Of a stretch of 48,263 nt of DNA, positions 9,225 to 16,476 are shown one piece after another (the first letter of the stretch is position 1; every line of letters starts with the position of its first letter). The translations under genes and the position numbers were made by a program. The stretch covers positions 1 through 48,263 of the forward strand of contig JBFFXR010000003.1 in assembly GCA_041569645.1 (NCBI GenBank), read 5' to 3'. A model generated the notes under the pieces. It made no database searches, had not been told where the DNA came from, and saw only the letters and a program-made list of their open reading frames with translations. Origin of the DNA: Gammaproteobacteria bacterium (GTDB lineage: Bacteria > Pseudomonadota > Gammaproteobacteria > GCA-001735895).

Positions 9225-9431
9225 ATGAAACCGCCCGCGAGCCGATCCGAACACCGTTGCCGCAATCCTGAACTGCCCGCCGGAATCAGTCACGACGACG
9301 TTTACCTGATGGTCATGTTGCACAGCTATCAGCGGCAGTCGTGTGAACAGATTGCGCGCCGCTTCAAGCTGACACGAGCGCAGGTCTACGACTTGCTTGC
9401 ACGCCGCCAGGTCGGCGGTTGCTGTGGCTAG
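9225..9431 (+). CDS. small hypothetical protein with C-terminal helix-turn-helix
   Basis: 68 aa filling an otherwise empty gap. SCEQIARRFKLTRAQVYDLL resembles an HTH, and the protein ends GGCCG. Confidence 0.45.
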   Translation: MKPPASRSEHRCRNPELPAGISHDDVYLMVMLHSYQRQSCEQIARRFKLTRAQVYDLLARRQVGGCCG

Positions 9432-9529
9432 AACGAAGCTCCGGTCATGCAATTTCGGGGAAAGTCCGCTTTAGCACACAACTAGCGTCCAGCCCCATAC
9501 GCCGGCGCGTGCAGCGCCGCAGGCGCGAC

Positions 9530-10102
9530 TCAGCGGTATACAGCCTGATCGGTGATCACCATGTCCAGCCTGACGTCCCATGACTGCGGCACCAGCGATT
9601 CGACCCGCTGCAGCTCGTGGGCGACGCCGATCAACAGCGGCCGGTCGCAGCCGGGCTCGCGGCGAAACGCGAAGCTGCGGTCGTAGAAGCCACCGCCCAT
9701 GCCGATACGGTTGCGCGCGGCATCGAAGGCGACCAGCGGCGCGAACACCAGGTCGAGTTCGCGCGGCTCGAGCATCTCCTCGTCGCCGACGTCGGGTTCC
9801 GGCAGGCGATAGCGATTGATGCGCATTTTTTGCTCGCGAAAGTATGGTGAAAAGCGCAGCGTTTCCCGGTCGAGGTTCGGCAGGTAAACCTGTTTGCCGG
9901 CGTCGAGCGCATCTTCGATCAGCGGCGCGAGGTCGATTTCGCCGTTGACCGCGAAATAGGCGGCGATTCGTTGCGCTTCGCGGTATGCCGGCAACTCGAC
10001 CAGGCGTAGGCACAATGCCGCCGCAGCGCGCGCGAGCGCGTCGGCGTCGAGGCCGGCGCGCAGTTCACGGTTGCGGTGGCGAAGATCGTCGTTCGTTGTC
10101 AT
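9530..10102 (-). CDS. ygfA: 5-formyltetrahydrofolate cyclo-ligase
   Basis: IAAYFAVNGEID, LDLVFAPLVAFD, RIGMGGGFYDR and SWDVRLD motifs. Alternative ATG at 10111. Confidence 0.9.
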   Translation of the reverse strand: MTTNDDLRHRNRELRAGLDADALARAAAALCLRLVELPAYREAQRIAAYFAVNGEIDLAPLIEDALDAGKQVYLPNLDRETLRFSPYFREQKMRINRYRLPEPDVGDEEMLEPRELDLVFAPLVAFDAARNRIGMGGGFYDRSFAFRREPGCDRPLLIGVAHELQRVESLVPQSWDVRLDMVITDQAVYR

Positions 10103-10132
10103 GGGACCCATCGAGCCAGGCTGACGGGCATC

Positions 10133-11023
10133 TTACCCGCTCTCGACCAGGCTGAGTAGCCAGTTCTTGAAAGCACGCACCGCCGGATTCTGCAGGTGCG
10201 CCTCGGGACAGACGACGTAGTAGGCCGAGTCACTTTGCAGCGTGACATCGAATGGCCTGATCAGGCGGCCGGTGTCGAGCAGGTCCTGCACGAAGGCGCT
10301 GGAGCCTAGCGCGATGCCCTGGCCGTCGACCGCCGCCTGTATCAGCACGTTGGTGTCGTCGATGATGTTGCCCGAATCGGCGTTGACCCCGTCGACGCCG
10401 GCGAGCACGAGCCAGTCGCGCCAGTTCGCATAGTCGGCGTCGTGCAACAGGGTATAGTAGCGCAGGTTATTGATGTCGGTCAGCGGCTTGTCGGTATGCA
10501 GGAAGCCGGGCGCGCAGACCGGAAAAAAATCGAGCCCGAGCAGCTTGTCGGCAACCACGCCGCGCCACGCGCCGTCGCCGTAGGTGACGGCGATATCGAT
10601 GTTTTCGCGGGCAAAATCGGTCGGCGCGTTGGCGACGTGGAACAGGCACAGATCGATTTCGGGATACTGCAGCCAGAAATACTTGAGCCGCGGCGACAGC
10701 CAGCGAGCGGCGAACGACGGCCCCAGGCGCACACTGATCTGGCTCGAATAGCGCTCCTGGCCGAGCGCGCCGATCGCTGCCGATATGCGGTCAAAGGCCT
10801 CGGTAACTTCCGGCAACAAGGCCTTGCCCTGCTCGGTCAGCGCGAGCCGGCGCGGATAGCGGTCGAACAAGGATAACTCGAGATACTTTTCGATTACCTT
10901 GATCTGATGGCTGATCGCGGCCTGGGTAACGTTCAGTTCGCGCGCCGCGGCGGTAAAGCTGAGCAAACGCCCAGCGGCCTCGAAACACTTGAGACTGTTC
11001 AGTGGCGGCAAGCGTCGCGCCAT
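10133..11023 (-). CDS. gcvA: GcvA-type LysR-family transcriptional regulator
   Basis: MARRLPPLNSLKCFEAAGRLLSFTAAARELNVTQAAISHQIK N-terminal HTH. GGAG SD upstream of ATG 11023. Confidence 0.8.
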   Translation of the reverse strand: MARRLPPLNSLKCFEAAGRLLSFTAAARELNVTQAAISHQIKVIEKYLELSLFDRYPRRLALTEQGKALLPEVTEAFDRISAAIGALGQERYSSQISVRLGPSFAARWLSPRLKYFWLQYPEIDLCLFHVANAPTDFARENIDIAVTYGDGAWRGVVADKLLGLDFFPVCAPGFLHTDKPLTDINNLRYYTLLHDADYANWRDWLVLAGVDGVNADSGNIIDDTNVLIQAAVDGQGIALGSSAFVQDLLDTGRLIRPFDVTLQSDSAYYVVCPEAHLQNPAVRAFKNWLLSLVESG

Positions 11024-11038
11024 TGCGGACTCCTTTTT

Positions 11039-11053
11039 ATTACATAATCTAAT
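11039..11053. promoter_or_regulatory. LysR (GcvA-like) binding box
   Basis: ATTA-CATAATC-TAAT is a T-N11-A dyad containing CTAAT, in the AT-rich gap between the divergent LysR and mttB genes. Confidence 0.6.
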
Positions 11054-11149
11054 GCATGCTATAAAAAATAATCGTTTGAATCCATTCCGTTCCGCTTCGA
11101 CAATCATCGCTACCGGCGCCCCAGCCCGGTGAAAATCGAGGATATCCGC

Positions 11150-12697
11150 ATGGCTCGACGATCCAGTGCCCGCGAAGCCAAAATCGCGCTGCGCAAGGCG
11201 GCGCTCGCCGAAAACCTGAAGCCGGTGCACCCGGGCGAAACCGGCGGCTGGTACAGACCGCTGAAAGAGCCCGATATCGCGCAGATCGAAGCCACGGTCT
11301 ACCGCATTCTCGAAGAAGTCGGCTTCGCCGATGCAACCGAGCATTGCATCGACACCTGCGTCGCCGCCGGTGCGGTGCTCGGCGACGACGGCCGCCTGCG
11401 CTTTCCGCGCGCGCTGATCGACCAGACTCTCGAAATCTGCTGCCGCGAGCTGATCCTGCACGGCCAGGATCCAAAACACGACCTGCGCCTGACCGGCTCG
11501 CGGGTGCATTTTTCGACCGCCGGCGCGGCGGTCATGATCGCCGACCCAGTCGCCAACGAATACCGCGAATCGACCGCCCAGGACCTCTATGACCTGGCGC
11601 GTCTCGCCGACCGCTGCGAGCACATCCACATGTTCCAGCGTATGTGCGTCATTCGCGACATCGCCGACAACCACGACATGGACATCAACACGGCCTACAA
11701 CTCGATCATGGGGACGACCAAGCACATCGGCTCGAGTTGGACCGAGGCGCATCACCTCGAGGACACGCTGCAAATGCTGCATCTGGTCGCCGGTGGCGAA
11801 GACGCCTGGCGCGCGCGGCCGTTCATGAGCATTTCCTGCTGCCACGTCGTGCCGCCGATGAAGTTCACCGAGGAGGCGCTCGGTTGCATCCGGGTCGCGG
11901 TCGAAGGCGGTATGCCGGTATTGCTGTTGTCGGCCGGCCAGTCCGGCGCGACCGCGCCGGCCTGCCTGGCCGGTGCCGTCGCCCAGGCCTGGGCCGAATG
12001 TCTCGGCGGACTCGCCTACGTCAACGCGATCAGGCCCGGCGCGCCGGCAATCCTCGGCACCTGGCCATTCGTTTCCGATCTGCGCACCGGCGCGATGAGC
12101 GGCGGCTCGCCGGAACAGGCAATCCTGTCGTCGGCCTGCGCACAAATGGGCCAGCATTACGGCTTGCCGACCGGCACCGCCTGCGGCATGACCGATGCCA
12201 AGCTGCCCGACTACCAGGCCGGCGCCGAGCGCGCCTACACGCTGGCCTGCGCGGCGATCGCCGGCGCCAACCTCGTCTACGAGTCGGCCGGCATGTACGC
12301 GAGTCTGCTGTCCGCCTGTCCCGAGTCGCTGTTGATCGACAACGACGTGCTTGGCGCGGCGCTGCGTATTACCCGCGGCCTCGAAGTCAACGATAAAACC
12401 CTGAGTTTCGACGTCATCAAGGAGGTCTGCCTCGGCAACAAGGGACATTACCTCGGCGCCGGGCAGACCCTCGAAGTCATGCAGACCGAGTACATTTATC
12501 CGGAATTCGGCAACCGCCTGAGCCCCAACGAGTGGGCCGAACAGGGCAAGCCGGTGCTGCTCGACAAGGCGGTCCGCGCGAAGCAGGAAATTCTCGCCAG
12601 TCACTTCCCCGCGCACGTCAGCGACGAGGTCGATCGGCAAATTCGCGAACGCTTCAACATCCACTTGCCGCGCGAGGCATTCGGGCGCAGCGCCTGA
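11150..12697 (+). CDS. trimethylamine methyltransferase (MttB/MtgB) family protein, non-pyrrolysine
   Basis: ILEEVGF, SGATAPACLAG, DLRTGAMSGGSPE, GMTDAKLPDYQAGAE and GHYLG..QTL motifs. No in-frame amber codon. Confidence 0.85.
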   Translation: MARRSSAREAKIALRKAALAENLKPVHPGETGGWYRPLKEPDIAQIEATVYRILEEVGFADATEHCIDTCVAAGAVLGDDGRLRFPRALIDQTLEICCRELILHGQDPKHDLRLTGSRVHFSTAGAAVMIADPVANEYRESTAQDLYDLARLADRCEHIHMFQRMCVIRDIADNHDMDINTAYNSIMGTTKHIGSSWTEAHHLEDTLQMLHLVAGGEDAWRARPFMSISCCHVVPPMKFTEEALGCIRVAVEGGMPVLLLSAGQSGATAPACLAGAVAQAWAECLGGLAYVNAIRPGAPAILGTWPFVSDLRTGAMSGGSPEQAILSSACAQMGQHYGLPTGTACGMTDAKLPDYQAGAERAYTLACAAIAGANLVYESAGMYASLLSACPESLLIDNDVLGAALRITRGLEVNDKTLSFDVIKEVCLGNKGHYLGAGQTLEVMQTEYIYPEFGNRLSPNEWAEQGKPVLLDKAVRAKQEILASHFPAHVSDEVDRQIRERFNIHLPREAFGRSA

Positions 12698-12731
12698 CGC
12701 GAACGCGCCAGACAAACCACAGGAAAAGCAT

Positions 12732-15146
12732 ATGAAAAGTCACGCCAGGGTCGTAGTCATCGGCGGCGGTTCGCTCGGGGTCAACCTGCTCTACCACCTG
12801 ACGCGCGAAGGCTGGGACGACGTCGTGCTGGTCGAAAAAGGCGAACTGACCAGTGGTTCGACCTGGCACGCCGCGGGGCTGTGCTCGAACTTCATCGGCA
12901 ACCACACGGTCGCGCACATCCATAACTACACGATCAAACTGTACAACGAAATTCTGCCGCAGGAGACCGGCGAAAAGTCGGTCTTCCACCAGACCGGCAG
13001 CGTCCGCCAGGGCTTCACCGAGGTCGAGGAACAATGGTTCCGCAATCTCGAGAGCCGCTCGAAGAGCATCGGCTTCGAGTTCAATATCGTGTCGAAAGAA
13101 GAAGCGCAGAAACTCAACCCGTTCATGAATTTCGACAAGGCGCGGATCATCGCGAGCACGCCCAACGACGGTCACGTCGACCCGACCTCGGTGGTCATGC
13201 CGCTGGCGAAACTCGCGCGCCAGGCCGGCGCCGAAATCTACCGAGACACGCGCGTCACCGAGATCAACGAACAGCGCAATGGCGAATGGGAAGTCGTCAC
13301 CGACAAGGGCCGGATCACGGCCGAACATGTCGTCAATGCGGCCGGCTGCTTCGCCCCCGAGGTCGGCGCGATGGTCGGCGCGCGCGTGCCGCTGATCAAC
13401 CTCGAGCACCAGTACCTGGTCACCGAATCGCATCCCGATATCGAGGCGCTCGACTTCGAACTGCCGGTCTGCCGCGACTCCTGGAGCTCGGCCTACATCC
13501 GCCAGGAAGGCAAGGGTTTCCTCGTCGGCCCGTACGAAATGTGGGGCTCGCGACCCTGGGCGCTCGACGGCATGGACTGGAATTTCGACCGCGAACTGTT
13601 CGAACCGAATCTCGAGGTGCTGATGCCGTTCCTCGAGCGTTGCTTCGAGCTGACGCCGAAATTCGAGGAAGTCGGCGTCAAGTCGGTCGTCAATGGCCCG
13701 ATCACGCATACGCCCGACGACAACATCCTCGCCGGCCCGGTCGCCGGGCTTAACAACTTCTGGAACCTGTGCGGCGCGAGTATCGGTATCGCCCAGGGCG
13801 GCATCGGCAAGTACATGGCGCAGTGGATGAAATACGGCCAGACCGAGATCAACATGGCGCCGCTCGATACCCGCCGCTTCGGCGACTGGGCGGATCGCAA
13901 GTACTGCATCATCAAGGCGATCGAATCCTACGAAGCGATGTACGCAACCGGCGCGCCTAACGACAACCGCCCGCACGGCCGGCCGCAGCGCTTCAGTCCG
14001 CTGTACGCGCGCCTGCTCGAGCACGGCGCGGTGCACGGCGCCGTGCAGGGCTACGAGAAGCCGCTGTGGTTCCAGACCAACGCGGTACGCCGCGAGAGCC
14101 TGAGCTGGGCACACAGCGCGGCGCACCCGGTGGTCGCCGAGGAATGCGCCGCGGTGCGCGATGCCGCCGGCGTCATCGATATCTCCGGCTCGGCCAAGTA
14201 CGAGGTCAGCGGGCCCGACGCCGCCGCGTTTCTCGACCGGCTGTCTTGCAATCGACTGCCGGCGGTCGGCCGTATCGGCCTGTCGCTGTTTCACGCGCCT
14301 GGCGGCGGCATCATGTGCGAAATGTCTATCTCGCGCCTCGCCGAGAATCATTTTTACCTGATTTCGGCGATCGGCTCGGAGCGCAAGGATTTGCACTGGA
14401 TGCAGCGCAATCGCGGCGATTTCGACGTGACGATCGATAACCTCACCGAGACCTACTCCGGCTTCCTGCTGACCGGTCCGAAGGCGCGCGAAATCCTGCA
14501 GCAAATGACCGAAGCGGACCTGTCCAACGACGCCTTCAAGTGGCTCGCGGTGCGCGAGATCAGGATCGACAGCGCGACGGTACGCGTCATTCGCGTCTCC
14601 TACGCCGGTGAGCTCGGTTACGAATTGCACATGCCGAGCTGGCAACTGCTGTCGATCTACGACTCGATGTGGCGCCGCGGCGAGCCGCTGGGCCTGCGCA
14701 ACTTCGGCGGCTACGCGTTCAACTCGATGCGCATGGAAAAGATGTACCGCGCATACGGGCACGAGTTTACCGAGGAAATCAGCGGGCTCGAGGCCGGCAT
14801 GGACCGTTTCATCGATCTCGAGCGCGATTTCATCGGCCGCGACAACCTGCTGGAACGGCGGCAAAACGGTTTCGATATCGAACTCGCCTACCTGGTCTTC
14901 GACGACGAACTACCCTGCGAGTGCTTCGGAAACGAGGCGGTCTACCACAACGGCGAGCGTATCGGCCTGACCACCGGCGGCGCCTATGGCCATCGCGTCG
15001 GCAAGAGCCTGGCCTTCGCCTACCTGAAACCCGAGTCGATTCGCGACGGGCTCGAGCTGACCGTCGACACGTCGCTAGGCAGCCGCAGCGCGCACATCGA
15101 GACGGCGCCGGCCTACGACCCGGACAACGCGTTGCTGCGGGCCTAG
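12732..15146 (+). CDS. GcvT-family FAD-dependent oxidoreductase (dimethylglycine/sarcosine dehydrogenase-like)
   Basis: VVIGGGSLG FAD site, LTSGSTWHAAG and NGPITHTPD motifs, and a C-terminal GcvT domain (RVSYAGELGYELH, SMRMEKMYR). Confidence 0.88.
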   Translation: MKSHARVVVIGGGSLGVNLLYHLTREGWDDVVLVEKGELTSGSTWHAAGLCSNFIGNHTVAHIHNYTIKLYNEILPQETGEKSVFHQTGSVRQGFTEVEEQWFRNLESRSKSIGFEFNIVSKEEAQKLNPFMNFDKARIIASTPNDGHVDPTSVVMPLAKLARQAGAEIYRDTRVTEINEQRNGEWEVVTDKGRITAEHVVNAAGCFAPEVGAMVGARVPLINLEHQYLVTESHPDIEALDFELPVCRDSWSSAYIRQEGKGFLVGPYEMWGSRPWALDGMDWNFDRELFEPNLEVLMPFLERCFELTPKFEEVGVKSVVNGPITHTPDDNILAGPVAGLNNFWNLCGASIGIAQGGIGKYMAQWMKYGQTEINMAPLDTRRFGDWADRKYCIIKAIESYEAMYATGAPNDNRPHGRPQRFSPLYARLLEHGAVHGAVQGYEKPLWFQTNAVRRESLSWAHSAAHPVVAEECAAVRDAAGVIDISGSAKYEVSGPDAAAFLDRLSCNRLPAVGRIGLSLFHAPGGGIMCEMSISRLAENHFYLISAIGSERKDLHWMQRNRGDFDVTIDNLTETYSGFLLTGPKAREILQQMTEADLSNDAFKWLAVREIRIDSATVRVIRVSYAGELGYELHMPSWQLLSIYDSMWRRGEPLGLRNFGGYAFNSMRMEKMYRAYGHEFTEEISGLEAGMDRFIDLERDFIGRDNLLERRQNGFDIELAYLVFDDELPCECFGNEAVYHNGERIGLTTGGAYGHRVGKSLAFAYLKPESIRDGLELTVDTSLGSRSAHIETAPAYDPDNALLRA

Positions 15147-15194
15147 GCCTGCTATACCATTGCCGAACGCGAGCGCGTGGCTGCTGGAGGTAAC

Positions 15195-15782
15195 ATGCAA
15201 ACTGTTGACTTCGTTCACATGGAAGACGGCACCCGCGAGGAATACGAATTCCTCGATCGCATGGAGGCCGAGTTCAACGCCGGCCTCGCCGACCGTATTC
15301 TCGACAACCTGCGCCGGCTCGAGCACAGCTTTTCCGGCTACAAGATCGACCGCCTGCAGCACAGCCTGCAGGGCGCGACGCGCGCGCAGCGCGCCGGTGA
15401 ATCCGACGAAACGATCGTCGCCGTGCTGCTGCACGACATCGGCGACAGCCTGGCGCCCTATTCGCACAGCGAAATGGCAGCCGCGGTGTTGCGCCCGTTC
15501 GTGTCGGACAGGCTCTACTGGATCGTCAAGCACCACGGCCTGTTCCAGATGTATTACTACGCGCACCACACCGGCGGCGACCGGCACGCACGCGAGCGCT
15601 TCAGGGATCACCCGTGGTACCAGGACGCGGTCGATTTCTGTCACCGCTACGACCAGAACTGCTTCGATCCGGACTATCCGACCGAGTCGCTCGAGTTTTT
15701 CGAGCCGATTCTACGGCGGGTACTAGCGCGGCCGCGCTTCAACGACCCCGAGAAGGTCCCGCGTTACGGCGAGGGCGACTAA
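15195..15782 (+). CDS. HD-domain metalloprotein (PhnZ/TmpB/MIOX-like ligand set)
   Basis: RLQHSLQ, LLHDIGD, YSHSE, KHHG and YDQNCFD motifs. GGAGG SD before ATG 15195. Confidence 0.75.
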   Translation: MQTVDFVHMEDGTREEYEFLDRMEAEFNAGLADRILDNLRRLEHSFSGYKIDRLQHSLQGATRAQRAGESDETIVAVLLHDIGDSLAPYSHSEMAAAVLRPFVSDRLYWIVKHHGLFQMYYYAHHTGGDRHARERFRDHPWYQDAVDFCHRYDQNCFDPDYPTESLEFFEPILRRVLARPRFNDPEKVPRYGEGD

Positions 15783-16369
15783 CCGAAACGGTAGCTCATT
15801 TCGACGCGAATCAGCGGCTCGACGTAGTAATCGTCGAGATCGTCGCGCGCATCATGCTCGAACTCGTCGAGCAAGCGGCCACGGTCGGCGATTTGAGCGG
15901 CCATCGGTCCGATGAGCTTCACCGACAGATCCTCGATCTTGAGCAGCCGCAACCCGGCGTCGACGCGCAGGCCGAATCCCCGATCGACGCCACCGGAGCG
16001 GTAGCTCAGTCGGGCATAAGGCTGGAAATCGTGAAACTTCAGGCGCGCGTCGAGCGACAGCCAGCGGTGCAGATCCGCCTGGCGACCGGCAAGATGATCC
16101 GCCGATGTCAGCTTGCGCAGCTCGAGTTCGGGCCCGCCGAGATGCAAGCCGAGCCCGAGGCTGATCGCCGATCCGAGCGGGATCTCGCGCACCAGTTCCA
16201 GCCATTCGGCGCGCAGCCTCGCGCTCACGCGATAATCGCCGTCGACGTCGCCGGCATCGTGCGCGCTCTCGCTATAAGTGGTCGGGTAAGCCGCGTCCGA
16301 GGGTGCGGAAACGATTGCCGCCATCAGCGTCAGCAGCGCCGCGGCGAGCCGGGTCGTGGTCACGTTCAT
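15779..16369 (-). CDS. exported hypothetical protein, possible outer-membrane beta-barrel
   Basis: Signal peptide ending SDA, alternating beta-strand patterns (QPYARLSY, FGLRVDAGL) and C-terminal VEMSYRFG. GAGG SD. Confidence 0.55.
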   Translation of the reverse strand: MNVTTTRLAAALLTLMAAIVSAPSDAAYPTTYSESAHDAGDVDGDYRVSARLRAEWLELVREIPLGSAISLGLGLHLGGPELELRKLTSADHLAGRQADLHRWLSLDARLKFHDFQPYARLSYRSGGVDRGFGLRVDAGLRLLKIEDLSVKLIGPMAAQIADRGRLLDEFEHDARDDLDDYYVEPLIRVEMSYRFG

Positions 16370-16476
16370 GGGTCACCTCGAAACCTCGCAAGGTGTTGTC
16401 CATACTGCTGTATTAGACCCGTTGACTACCGCGGTATTCAGAAAATATAGAGGGAATTCAGTGACTTATTTATTGT

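Noticed and set aside
10103-10132. 6S RNA (ssrS) expected upstream of ygfA
   Set aside because: Only 21-30 nt are available before the LysR stop, too short for an RNA of about 180 nt.
11150-12697. Possible pyrrolysine recoding in the MttB-family gene
   Set aside because: The ORF is uninterrupted, with no in-frame TAG, and no pyl genes are present in the window.
10133-12715. 860-aa minus-strand ORF that looks like a giant LysR fusion
   Set aside because: Only the last 296 aa (from ATG 11023, with its own SD) are LysR. The rest is the antisense shadow of mttB.
12654-14864. Long antisense ORFs (also 27183-29522, 33161-35362, 35855-37654, 44374-45909, 19014-20384)
   Set aside because: Each lies opposite a well-supported gene and has no recognisable motif. 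Stop-poor shadow frames are expected at this GC content.
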